From an uncultured virus (IMG/VR IMGVR_UViG_3300031951_021468) (taxonomy: Duplodnaviria; Heunggongvirae; Uroviricota; Caudoviricetes): 64,000 bases of DNA. The translations under genes were made by a program, and so were the position numbers. Below, piece by piece: positions 10,388 to 20,500 of the stretch; positions within the stretch are counted from its first letter, which is position 1; each line of letters opens with the position of its first letter. Below the pieces are notes generated by a model. It did no database searches. It was not told where the DNA came from and saw only the letters and a program-made list of their open reading frames with translations. The stretch is taken from the IMG/VR virus record IMGVR_UViG_3300031951_021468. One strand, 5' to 3'.

Positions 10388-10400
10388 TTTTGAAAAGCAT

Positions 10401-10589
10401 ATGAATAATAGTTTGCAACAAGATTCTTGCGCAGCCATTGCGTCTGAGATTTATATTTCGATGATGAGCAACAAGCCTTCTTCGCTTTCTGATGACGATC
10501 TTAAGTCCTTGGCAAAGGAATCTTTTCGTCGAGCCCAAGTTTTTGTAGATGTTTGGGAATCAAACAATCAAAAAGAAGAGGATGACTAA
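10401..10589 (+). CDS. Hypothetical protein
   Basis: ATG downstream of the tRNA; the track start at 10311 overlaps the tRNA. Confidence 0.55.
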   Translation: MNNSLQQDSCAAIASEIYISMMSNKPSSLSDDDLKSLAKESFRRAQVFVDVWESNNQKEEDD

Positions 10590-10842
10590 ACAGCGGTATT
10601 ATCAGGCTTACAAAAATAATGAGCCCCGATATTATTTGTCGATGAAAACATCAAGGTCTTTTGCGAAGGCATTTTCAGTTGAACAACGTGTGCTCAATTC
10701 GGGGCCTTTTCTAAGTCTTTCTAGACTAAAAAGAAAAGTTGCGAGCCTTAGAAAAGAAAGGACAATGATCGTTGGTTCCAACGGAAATGCAAAAGACTGT
10801 GGCCCAAAATATGCCTGGGTTAAGTGGCGAAAAGAACTTTAA
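10582..10842 (+). CDS. Hypothetical basic protein
   Basis: ORF overlapping the upstream stop. Confidence 0.5.
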   Translation: MTKQRYYQAYKNNEPRYYLSMKTSRSFAKAFSVEQRVLNSGPFLSLSRLKRKVASLRKERTMIVGSNGNAKDCGPKYAWVKWRKEL

Positions 10843-10890
10843 TCCACCCGAAAAGCGGGTGACATCACCCGAAAAACGGGTGGATTTTTT
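10841..10890 (+). terminator. Double-hairpin palindrome / terminator
   Basis: AATCCACCCG-AAAAG-CGGGTGA-CA-TCACCCG-AAAAA-CGGGTGGATT followed by a T run. Confidence 0.65.
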
Positions 10891-11074
10891 GTAACACTCG
10901 GGAACAATAATGATTCCACTGCCGTATTAAAATTGTATTTGCGAAGGATTAATAACAATTATGTTGTATAAATACAATTGCGGAATTTAATTTCGTAAAT
11001 ACACTTCCCTCGATGCTAAAAACCATTGAAGCGTCAAACGGTCTGAATGAGGGTAAAGACGAAAAAGGAGAAAA

Positions 11075-11953
11075 ATGGTGTACTGTAATAACTTCGTTGT
11101 TGCCATTAAAGTAGGCAATGTCGCACAAAGAGAGCTTTCTAACGGCTCAGTAATCATCCCCGATGGGTCAGAATATTCGATCCATCTTCGCAACAAAAAC
11201 AAAGAGCGCAATGCTGTCGCATTTGTTTACATTGACGGAGAACTTGTTACTCCGAACGGAATTGTTGTAGATAAAAACAAATATGTTGACCTTGAAAGAC
11301 CTCTTGACAAGGCTGTTAAATTTAAATTTGTTTCCACTGATTCACCTGAGGCTATTGAATTTGGGAAAAACAATAGCTCAGACAAAAGTATGGGCAAAAT
11401 TGAAGTGAGATGGCATTATCAACGGTCACTCAATATCGATGAAGCAATTAAAAAACTTCAAGATTATCTGCGCAAGCCTGTTCACGAGCCGTGGTATCCT
11501 CCCTATCGTGAACCGATTGGAATCAAGCCCTATATGACTTGGGGCCACGATCCTGGCAATAGTCTTAGGGGCGTTCAATGCGCTTCTTACTATAGCGCTT
11601 CTACTTCTAAGTCGCAACAATTTACTTCTGAAAAGTATGAAGTTGGCTGCACCGTTGAAGGCGAACATTCTGATCAAAAGTTTTCTGAGATTCCCATGGA
11701 AATTGAAAGCGCATATACGACGATCAGCTTAACATTGGTGGTGCAAAAGCCCTCGCACAAGCCTTCTGTAAGAACAGCGGCTAGAATAGTGCATGGCGAC
11801 AAGCGCAGTGCGCCGATTTTAGAAGTATCAGAATCAACAGATGTTGATCCACGTGTTCAGTCTGAGCGCGAAGAACTAATTCGCCTTGAACTTGAGCTTC
11901 TTGCATTAAAGAAAGCCAAGGTTCAGGCCGAAATTGATGCGCTGAAAGAATAA
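11075..11953 (+). CDS. Hypothetical protein, beta-rich N-terminal domain and coiled-coil C-terminus
   Basis: AAGGAG SD; GSEYSIHLRN...VYIDG...FKFV...GKIEV pattern. Confidence 0.75.
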   Translation: MVYCNNFVVAIKVGNVAQRELSNGSVIIPDGSEYSIHLRNKNKERNAVAFVYIDGELVTPNGIVVDKNKYVDLERPLDKAVKFKFVSTDSPEAIEFGKNNSSDKSMGKIEVRWHYQRSLNIDEAIKKLQDYLRKPVHEPWYPPYREPIGIKPYMTWGHDPGNSLRGVQCASYYSASTSKSQQFTSEKYEVGCTVEGEHSDQKFSEIPMEIESAYTTISLTLVVQKPSHKPSVRTAARIVHGDKRSAPILEVSESTDVDPRVQSEREELIRLELELLALKKAKVQAEIDALKE

Positions 11954-11961
11954 ACATTGCT

Positions 11962-12012
11962 TACGTTAAAATAGGACGACAGTTTTGTTAACTATCGTCC
12001 TATTTTAACGTA
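11962..12012 (+). terminator. Long hairpin, likely terminator
   Basis: TACGTTAAAATAGGACGA / TCGTCCTATTTTAACGTA inverted repeat after the stop. Confidence 0.7.
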
Positions 12013-12020
12013 TTATACGT

Positions 12021-12269
12021 ATGGTTGTAAAACAAATTCATAACAGAGTTTTGTGGGACAGTGTTGTGTTAGAAGCCGCAAAATATCAAGAATGCACTGT
12101 CGAACATTTTTTCGGCCCTAGAAGATACTATATTAATGAGGGGCGTAGAATCAGAGTTAATTTGCCCAAATCGTGGTGTTTAGAAGTCGGCGATATCATT
12201 AGTTTAAAATCTGTAGTTCTGCATCTTGGCGGGCTGAGTAGTAAAATTTCCTGGGACTGGGAATATTAA
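12021..12269 (+). CDS. Hypothetical protein
   Basis: ORF with CGTATTAT box upstream. Confidence 0.5.
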   Translation: MVVKQIHNRVLWDSVVLEAAKYQECTVEHFFGPRRYYINEGRRIRVNLPKSWCLEVGDIISLKSVVLHLGGLSSKISWDWEY

Positions 12270-12304
12270 AAGAAACAATAGTTGATTTCTTTCGTAGAAC
12301 AGAT

Positions 12305-13165
12305 ATGTTGTTTCGCGGAAGCATCCGTCACATTCACGTCTTATCAAGACATGACATGAGTCATTTTCAGTTGAATGATCCCTATATTGTTATTTCAGTT
12401 TCCGATCCTGGTAGCAAGCGTGTTTCTTTGAGATCATGCCCAAATAGACTTGATGTTTTGAGCCTTCAATTCCATGACTTGGATTATTCTTCAGATAGGG
12501 GCGGGGTTTTGTTTACGGAAAGTGACGCAAGTCAAATTGTAAATTTCGTGAAGTTATGGCCTGAATTGACAACCATCGTAGTTCATTGTGAGGCTGGCAT
12601 TTCAAGGTCGGCTGGGATCGGGGCCGCAATTTCCAAGTTCTATAATGGCAATGATCGTGAATTTTACGAGCGGCGAAGACCCAATTCGCGAGTGTATTCC
12701 TTGTTGTTAAATGCCTTTATGGACTCCGAGGCCTTCGGAGGAAAAACTATTGTCCCCGAAGGCCCGCTTGTAGGAGTAGGTGCAATTATTTTCAAAGACG
12801 ATAGTCGCAAACAAGTCCTTATGGGATTGAGAAAATCCAAGCTTGGCGATGGGTGCTGGGCGTTCCCTGGAGGACATATGGAGTGGGGAGAAACACCAGA
12901 AGAAACGGCTATAAGAGAAACATTAGAAGAAACTGGGCTTGTAGTAATTCCCGATAATAATTCTCGAAGATATGGATACACAAAAACAATATACCATGAT
13001 CTTAAAAAGCATTATATCACCCTTTACGTTGCTTGTAAGTTAGCGGGAGGAGTTCTGGAAAACAAAGAGCCAGACAAGTGTGATCGATGGGAATGGGTGG
13101 ATGTAGAAAATCTTCCGTATCCGCTTATGGAATCTTTGCCTGATGATTTTAAAAATAACAATTAA
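12305..13165 (+). CDS. Cys-based (PTP/DSP-like) phosphatase fused to NUDIX hydrolase
   Basis: HCEAGISRS (CX5R) in the N half; GGHMEWGETPEETAIRETLEETGL and EPDKC..WEW in the C half. Confidence 0.85.
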   Translation: MLFRGSIRHIHVLSRHDMSHFQLNDPYIVISVSDPGSKRVSLRSCPNRLDVLSLQFHDLDYSSDRGGVLFTESDASQIVNFVKLWPELTTIVVHCEAGISRSAGIGAAISKFYNGNDREFYERRRPNSRVYSLLLNAFMDSEAFGGKTIVPEGPLVGVGAIIFKDDSRKQVLMGLRKSKLGDGCWAFPGGHMEWGETPEETAIRETLEETGLVVIPDNNSRRYGYTKTIYHDLKKHYITLYVACKLAGGVLENKEPDKCDRWEWVDVENLPYPLMESLPDDFKNNN

Positions 13166-13173
13166 GGAATAAT

Positions 13174-14130
13174 ATGCTGGATGTAAAGAAAATAGTATCG
13201 GTAAACACCCCGTTCGTGTTTACTGATCCCGATAGTAGGCATAGATATGCGCTAAATATCGGAGAAATTGTCGATAATCGAAAATCGAGAGAAAAGGTCA
13301 AGGTTCGGTGCAGTTGTTTTGGAGCTTCTAAATCCAGATGGTTGAATTATTCTGAAGTATCCCCCGCAAATTTCAGCCTCAGACACACTATATATCGCCA
13401 GGTTGAAGCATTTTGCGTCAATGACCCTAAAGTTGATTGGCTTTTACCAAATGCGTCCGATGTTTTTAATATGGTTTTTGATAGATACGTATGCAAAGAA
13501 AACATTGAAGCAATTGCCAGAAACATCAGCGCTTGTTATTCAGAACCTCATAGGTTTTGGCACAATGAAAAGCACATGCGAGAAGTTGTTTTGTTTTTAC
13601 TTAAGCACTCGGGGATAAACTATCCTTGGCTTTTGATTGACGCCTTGTATCACGATATTTGTTATCAAATCGGAGATATGAATAATGAGCAAAATTCAGC
13701 TGAATTCATGTTATCAAATATGAATGATATTAATTATTTTCGCCAAGTGAATTCAATGGGCGCGGGGTTAAATAAAAACGAATTACCAAGTATTCTTGAT
13801 CTCTGGCCTGGAAGAAATCATGAACGTGGCATCATGGCAACAAAGCATCATAAAACGGAAAGCCCAGTTGTTGCCATGCTTTTAGATGCGGATATGGAAG
13901 TATTTTCAACATCAACAAATAAGTATATGAGATATGCTCGCGCTATAAGAAAAGAGTACGGCCACATATCAGACCCCGATTATAGAAAGGGACGAATAAA
14001 CTTCCTTGAGGGCATGCTTGATCGTCCAAAGATTTATACTAGTCGTGCTGCAACTCCTACGATGGAAAGCACGGCCAGGGCAAATGTGGAATGGGAACTT
14101 TCCGCGCTGGAAAAGGGGGTGTTTTTATGA
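13174..14130 (+). CDS. HD-superfamily phosphohydrolase
   Basis: YSEPHRFWHN, LYHDI, NEQNSA, MATKHH, LLDADM, IRKEY. Confidence 0.8.
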   Translation: MLDVKKIVSVNTPFVFTDPDSRHRYALNIGEIVDNRKSREKVKVRCSCFGASKSRWLNYSEVSPANFSLRHTIYRQVEAFCVNDPKVDWLLPNASDVFNMVFDRYVCKENIEAIARNISACYSEPHRFWHNEKHMREVVLFLLKHSGINYPWLLIDALYHDICYQIGDMNNEQNSAEFMLSNMNDINYFRQVNSMGAGLNKNELPSILDLWPGRNHERGIMATKHHKTESPVVAMLLDADMEVFSTSTNKYMRYARAIRKEYGHISDPDYRKGRINFLEGMLDRPKIYTSRAATPTMESTARANVEWELSALEKGVFL

Positions 14131-14492
14131 TCAAATTCATTAGCGGTCATTTGGATATTACTCCGAAAGAATTTGAAAAACATTATGTTGGGAAAATTTT
14201 TAGTTCTGTGGTAAATGGCGATCATTTTGTGATCGGCGATGCCCCAGGAACTGATCGCATGGCGATTGATTATCTTTGGTCTCTTCGATCAGCATCAGGA
14301 TTAAAAGTCACCATATTTCATATGTTTGATTCCCCGAGATACAACCCTGGTTTTCCAACCAAAGGGGGATATGAATCGGATACTGATCGGGACGAAGCTA
14401 TGACATTGGCCTCTGACGAAGATATTGCCTGGGTAAGACCAGGAAAAGAAAATAGCGGCACGGCTAAAAATCTATTGCGGAGAAAATCATAA
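14127..14492 (+). CDS. Putative SLOG-fold protein
   Basis: FISGH, FVIGDAPGTD, RDEAM, SGTAKN. Confidence 0.6.
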   Translation: MIKFISGHLDITPKEFEKHYVGKIFSSVVNGDHFVIGDAPGTDRMAIDYLWSLRSASGLKVTIFHMFDSPRYNPGFPTKGGYESDTDRDEAMTLASDEDIAWVRPGKENSGTAKNLLRRKS

Positions 14493-14493
14493 A

Positions 14494-14721
14494 ATGACTG
14501 TGTATTATCATCGAGGGTTCACCATAACTGTTGAAAGCTTTGCAAAAAAACTAATATATTACACTGTGTCTCGTGATGTTGACGGCTGGGCCGTCGCTGG
14601 TGGCGAGGACAGTGGCGCTATTAATGACATGATAAATTACTGGAAAGAAGAAATTGACGAATTAATTAACACAAATGGCGCAAGCAGGGATGTGGAAGAA
14701 TATTTTATGGAGCAAAAATGA
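14494..14721 (+). CDS. Hypothetical protein
   Basis: ORF in a tightly packed operon. Confidence 0.55.
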   Translation: MTVYYHRGFTITVESFAKKLIYYTVSRDVDGWAVAGGEDSGAINDMINYWKEEIDELINTNGASRDVEEYFMEQK

Positions 14722-15206
14722 CAAAACCAATTTTAATCACTTGGGATGGACGGAATCTTAGCATTGGCGAAGACATATGCAAAGATATGAGTGAAATTTA
14801 TTTCATCAAGGTTGATGGCGAATTTTTACTAAACAATGACAATGATGGTGAGGGGGAAATCCTTGGATTTTCTAGTCGTGTTATGGCGAAAAAATACATG
14901 GAAAGATTGTCTTTAAATGGTGATATTGTTAAACTTAAAATTCTGCCAGAATTAGAAAAACAAGACTCTAAAGAACAAGAATTCACCAAAGAAGAATTTC
15001 GAAAGACTTTGCTTGACATGCTGAAGCCCGCGCCCAGGGGGATTTGTCACGACACGGTGAGCGCCAATTTTCCCACAGTTAACAAAGATATGTTATCCTT
15101 GTGGATACTTTACATGATCAAAAGTGGTGAAATTTGGATACATCAAGGCCGATATTATTCTAAACAAAACTATATGAAGGAATCTGTAAAACAAACAAAA
15201 CAGTGA
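14718..15206 (+). CDS. Hypothetical protein
   Basis: ATGA overlap with the upstream gene. Confidence 0.6.
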   Translation: MTKPILITWDGRNLSIGEDICKDMSEIYFIKVDGEFLLNNDNDGEGEILGFSSRVMAKKYMERLSLNGDIVKLKILPELEKQDSKEQEFTKEEFRKTLLDMLKPAPRGICHDTVSANFPTVNKDMLSLWILYMIKSGEIWIHQGRYYSKQNYMKESVKQTKQ

Positions 15207-16157
15207 ATATTATGAACGAACTTAGAAACAAACAATTTTACGTCATGTTCCAAAACCATACGCTAAGTGAGGAAGAAGGAAAAAAACTTTATATACCCGA
15301 AAATAATAAGCCCGCAAAATGGAGCGAGTATGTTGCAGGGGATGAAGATTGGGGGGGAAGAAGGGTTTTATGTTACGGATCATCCCACTCCATGGATTTT
15401 AGATGTGGATAGGATTTTTCCTGTGGAAATTGACTGGGACAACGGATATTCTCAACTTGAGGATGATGAGCATTTTATTTGCGTGAAAAAAATGAGATTG
15501 ATGCCTCCCGTGGATAAAATTGAATACGACGGGAATCAAATTTATTTTAAAGATGGATTTATACACAGAGACAATGACCTCCCAGCAATAATTTACAGTA
15601 ATGGATGCCAAAAGTGGCTTCAAAACGGAAAGCTTCATCGCGACGGAGATAAACCAGCTATAACAATGGCTAGTGGGTATCAAGCGTGGTATAAAGACGG
15701 CGTGAGGCATCGAGGTAATGATTTGCCCGCAGTAATTTCGGCAGATTTTAGTCAATTTTGGCTCATACATGGAAAGTTTCATCGAGGTAATGATTTGCCC
15801 GCCATTGTATGTTTAGATGGTTATCAAAAGTGGTGTCAACATGGAAAAACAGGCCGAGTTGACGAAAGCTTGCCCGCTGAATTGTACGCGGACGGAAGAC
15901 AAGTGTGGTACAGAAGCGGCGTTATTCATCGAGACAATGATTTGCCCGCGATCATAGATTCCAACGGAAATCAAAAGTGGTATCAGAATGGACAAATCCA
16001 TCGCGATGAAGATAAGCCTGCTATTATTATGGGCAGCGGCACCAGATTTTGGATGCGTAAAGGAAGAATACATCGAGATAATAATCTTCCCGCGGTGCTT
16101 TACTCTGATGGCACCAAACGCTATTATCTAAACGGTGAAGAATACTTTCCCGATTAG
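15203..16157 (+). pseudogene. HRxxDxPA-repeat (MORN-like) protein, frameshifted at a G7 tract
   Basis: About 8 repeats HRDNDLPAII..NG.QKW; ORFs 15203 and 15267 fuse if G7 (15351-15357) were G6. Confidence 0.6.
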
Positions 16158-16240
16158 GCTGTTTCTTAAAAATCATCAAGGCACTTAGGCCTACGATAGT
16201 GCTGTCAAAAGCATTCGCACTATCGTAGAAACAATTGATT

Positions 16241-16639
16241 ATGAATGAATCAAGTTTTTTTAAAACCCCCTATGATGTTCGTGGTTTTGGTGGATTGAAG
16301 TTCCACGATCAGTGCGGATGCGAATGTAGAATCCAAAAGTCCAGTGCGGCATGCTTTGATGCAATTTGGCTTGGAATCACGTGTCCCGATCCTAAAATCA
16401 TGTCTTCTGACGCGAAAAAGCTTGGAATTGATACCAAGGGCGAAAGCGGATGGGTTACATATCCAATCCCGAAAGAAGTTCTAATTAGCACAAGCATGCA
16501 TTTAACTCAAAACCAAGTGCGCCAATTGCTTCCCGTGTTACAATACTTTGCTGAAAATGGATCACTGCCGTCTTTTGAAGATGCTGATAAGATGTCGAGT
16601 TCTGTTGATCTTATTGAAGAGGATGATTTGTTTTCTTAA
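16241..16639 (+). CDS. Hypothetical phage protein
   Basis: RGF...F.D..G..C.IQKSSAA...AIWLG...MHLTQNQV pattern. Confidence 0.7.
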   Translation: MNESSFFKTPYDVRGFGGLKFHDQCGCECRIQKSSAACFDAIWLGITCPDPKIMSSDAKKLGIDTKGESGWVTYPIPKEVLISTSMHLTQNQVRQLLPVLQYFAENGSLPSFEDADKMSSSVDLIEEDDLFS

Positions 16640-16660
16640 GAATGATCGGATATATAAGAT

Positions 16661-16987
16661 ATGAAAGATTTTTACAAATTTAATACCAGAGAACAAACTC
16701 TTGGATATATGGTCCAAGAAATGTATAAAAAATACACAGAAGACCCCACGGGCGAAACAATCGATATGATTGTTCGTTTGGCTCGGGCATCAGGTAATTA
16801 CTCAGTCTGGCGAGCGGGTTTTACTTCTTGCCCGCGAGTTCATAAGGAACTTAAATTGGACGAAGTTTACAACATGGCCAATGTGCAGGCTCAAAGATAC
16901 TTGCGTGTAGTTGAATCTGCTCCTGAATCTGCAAAAGACTTGCTGTCAACTATACAGGCCCATCCTTATGCTTGGAAATATACTTAA
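16661..16987 (+). CDS. Hypothetical protein
   Basis: 108-aa ORF. Confidence 0.55.
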   Translation: MKDFYKFNTREQTLGYMVQEMYKKYTEDPTGETIDMIVRLARASGNYSVWRAGFTSCPRVHKELKLDEVYNMANVQAQRYLRVVESAPESAKDLLSTIQAHPYAWKYT

Positions 16988-17505
16988 ATTTACACAGAAG
17001 TCTTTAATCACTATGGTGTTTATGAATTCAGTAGTTATCGAGATATTAGACAGAAGGCAATGTATATGTCGGATATTCCCGTGTTGGTCAACAGAATTTG
17101 GAACGAACACGGAGACGTGTTCTTCACTGGCGTTTATGGCCATTACATTGATACGCATTTTGGGATTAATGAGTTTGGGCGATCACCAATTGTAATGTTT
17201 AATGCCGATTTTATATCGTTTATTGCGGCGGGATATGAAGATTGCGGAAGGCCTTAGTAAAACAGTTTTATAAAGTCATTAAGAATGAAAAATCTTACCG
17301 CGGCTTAAAACATCACATTAATAATTTGCTCGCGATCATCCGCCTTGATGGGAATGATCTATATTAACACGATGTACATTATATAAACGAAAGGCCATAT
17401 AATCGCTGAACAATTTCATATTCTGTTCGGGGATCGTTGGCGAGGCCCTGTTGCTAGAAAATTAAAAAATACCCTTTTTATTTATTTCAAAATCATATAA
17501 TAATT

Positions 17506-20500
17506 ATGTCAATTACTAAAACAAGAAAATTTTTAGACTTCAAATCTGCTCGGGATTACGCTAGATCATTGGGATTGAAGAATCGTGAGGAATGGTCATC
17601 TTATTGCAAATCGGGACAAAGACCTGATGATATTCCTACTACTCCCGATAGGTCTTACAAGGATAAGGGATGGAAAGGATGGGGTGATTGGTTAGGAACT
17701 GGAACTATCGCTCCTAAAGATCGTGTTTACAAGCCGTTTGAAGATGCTCGCGATCATGCTAGGTCATTGGGATTAAAATCACTACGTGAATGGAAATCAT
17801 ATTGCAAATCGGGACAAAAACCTGATGATATTCCTTATAATCCCGATAGGTCCTACAAGGATCAGGAATGGAAAGGATGGGGTGATTGGTTGGGAACTGG
17901 AACTATCGCCAGTTTTAATCGTGTTTACAAGCCGTTTGAAAATGCTCGCGATCAGGTTAGATCATTGGGATTAAAATCACTACGTGAATGGGAATCCTAC
18001 TGTAAATCGGGACAAAAACCTGATGATATTCCTGCCGCTCCCTATCAGTCATATAAAGATCAGGGATGGATTGGGATGGGTGATTGGTTGGGAACTGGAA
18101 CTATCGCCAGTTTTAATCGTGTTTACAAGCCGTTTGAAAATGCTCGCGATTATACTAGATCATTGGGATTGAAGAATCGTGATGAATGGTATTCTTATTG
18201 TAAATCGGGACAAAAACCTGATGATATTCCTGCCCATCCCGATCACGTTTATAAAGATCAGGGATGGAATGGATATGGCGATTGGTTAGGAACTGGAACT
18301 ATCGCCCTTCAAGATCGTGTTTTTAGGCCGTTTGAAGATGCTCGCGATCATGCCAGATCATTGGGATTAAAGAATCTTGAGGAATGGAAATCCTATTGTA
18401 AATCAGGGCAAAAACCTGATGATATTCCTGCCGCTCCCGATCACGTTTATAAAGATCAGGGATGGAATGGATATGGCGATTGGTTAGGAACTGGAACTGT
18501 CGCCCCTCAAGATCGTGTTTTTAGGCCATTCGAAGATGCTCGCGATCATGCCAGATCATTGGGGCTGAAGAATCGTGAGGAATGGAAATCCTATTACAAA
18601 TCGGGACAAAAACCTGATGATATTCCTGCTAATCCCGATAGATCATATAAAGATCAGGGATGGAATGGATATGGTGATTGGTTAGGAACGGGAACTATCG
18701 CCTCTCAAGATCGTGTTTACAAGCCGTTTGAAGATGCTCGTGATTATGCTAGATCACTGGGATTAAAGAATCTTGAGGAATGGAAATCCTATTGTAAATC
18801 AGGGCAAAAACCTGATGATATTCCTGTCGCTCCTCATCAGTCATATAAAGATCAGGGATGGATTGGGATGGGTGATTGGTTGGGAACTGGAACTGTCGCC
18901 CCTCAAGATCGTGTTTTTAGGCCATTTGAAGATGCTCGTGATTATGCTAGATCATTGCGATTGAAGTCACAAGGTGAATGGTCACCCTATTGTAAATCAG
19001 GACAAAAGCCCGATGATATTCCTGGTGATCCCTCTAAGTCCTATAAAGATCGGGGATGGACTTCTTGGTCAGATTTCCTTGGCTATCAGGGCCATTGGAA
19101 CTCCCGATCATATTTGGGATTCTTGAAATCCATTCAGTCTCTTGCTCCGTATTTGGACGCCAGCGAGCTTTACTTGATACAAATGCAAAGCGGGCTCGCC
19201 AAGGCGGCATCTTTAGGCACATCTAAAGCCTCTAAACTTATTAAAAGACTAGAGGAAATCATCGACTCCAATAAGTCAGATGAAGAGAAGCAAGCTATAT
19301 TAGATGAAATTATTAAGGATACTGAAGATGCCATCGAGAACGGCGAAATCACGGATGAAGAATTAGATGATTTTGATGACTTTGATGATTATCAAGTGGT
19401 TGATACAGTAGCCGATGATGAAGCAAATGGCCCTCGTGCCACGGGCATTGCTGCTCTGACAGCGAATCATCCTATCAAGCCGCTTAAGAGCCGCGACTTT
19501 TCCACGCCCGATAACCTTGTGGGAAATATTCCTGCGATGGCCGACGGTGAAGCGATTGGCTTCATGATTGCCAATCGCACTCAGCGATTGTGGAACGCTT
19601 TTCTGAATAACGGGGAAGACATCAACGCTCCTGATATTCAGGAAGTGCTGAGTTATTCCGATAAGGGTGAATATTATCAAGTCATCGTTAACAAGTTTTT
19701 GACACAGCTAGAACAGGCGAAAAACATTCCCATTCCTGACGGATATAAATTCAGACTCAAGGGGCAAACGGAAATCACACTTCCTAATATGATGCAACGC
19801 CTGACGACGGTTTTGGTGCAAAATCAAAGCTACGTTTTGAATATGAGCGGCACAGGGGCTGGCAAAACTCTCAGCGCGGTTTTCACTAGTCGCGTGATCG
19901 ATGCTCGTGTCACGGTGATCGTAGCCATGAACGCTACTTTAAGCGGCTGGGAATCTGTTATCAAGAACACATTCCCCGATAGCGTTGTGTTTACGAAAGA
20001 CCTTGATACAGTAGATTTTGATAGAGACAAGCACAACTATGTTATTCTGAACTTTGAATCTTTCCAACAGCCAAATTCAAGTAATTATGTGCGAAAACTA
20101 TTGGAAAGCGCGAGTATTGACTTCCTTGTGATCGATGAAATTCATAACATTAAGCAACGATCAGAAGACGAATCGAAGCGATTGCAGATTCTTCGCGCCC
20201 TTCGGGTTCAAGCCCAGGAAAATAATCCAGAACTCAAGGTATTAGGCATGAGTGCGACGCCTGTGATCAATAATTTGATGGAGGGCAAAAAGCTTCTAGA
20301 ATTTGTAACTGGCCATGAATACAAAGATTTGATGCACAAGTCGAACGTGAACAACGCCTTAAGGCTGCATTACCACTTGGTGATTAATGGCATTCGTTAC
20401 CGCCCTTCGTATATGGATCAGCCTCGCGAACATCATCCTGAAATTGATGCTTCCGATCATATCGATAATTTGCTTAAAGTACCCAAGGGCGATGTTGTGG

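Noticed and set aside
11043..11064. Hammerhead ribozyme (CTGAATGAG...GAAA)
   Set aside because: The core has an extra base, and I could not build stem II or stems I/III with a cleavage triplet.
17527..19083. Tandem repeats as a CRISPR array or DGR template/variable region
   Set aside because: The units are in-frame 198-nt coding repeats without unique spacers; differences are not confined to adenines; no cas or reverse transcriptase gene is in the window.
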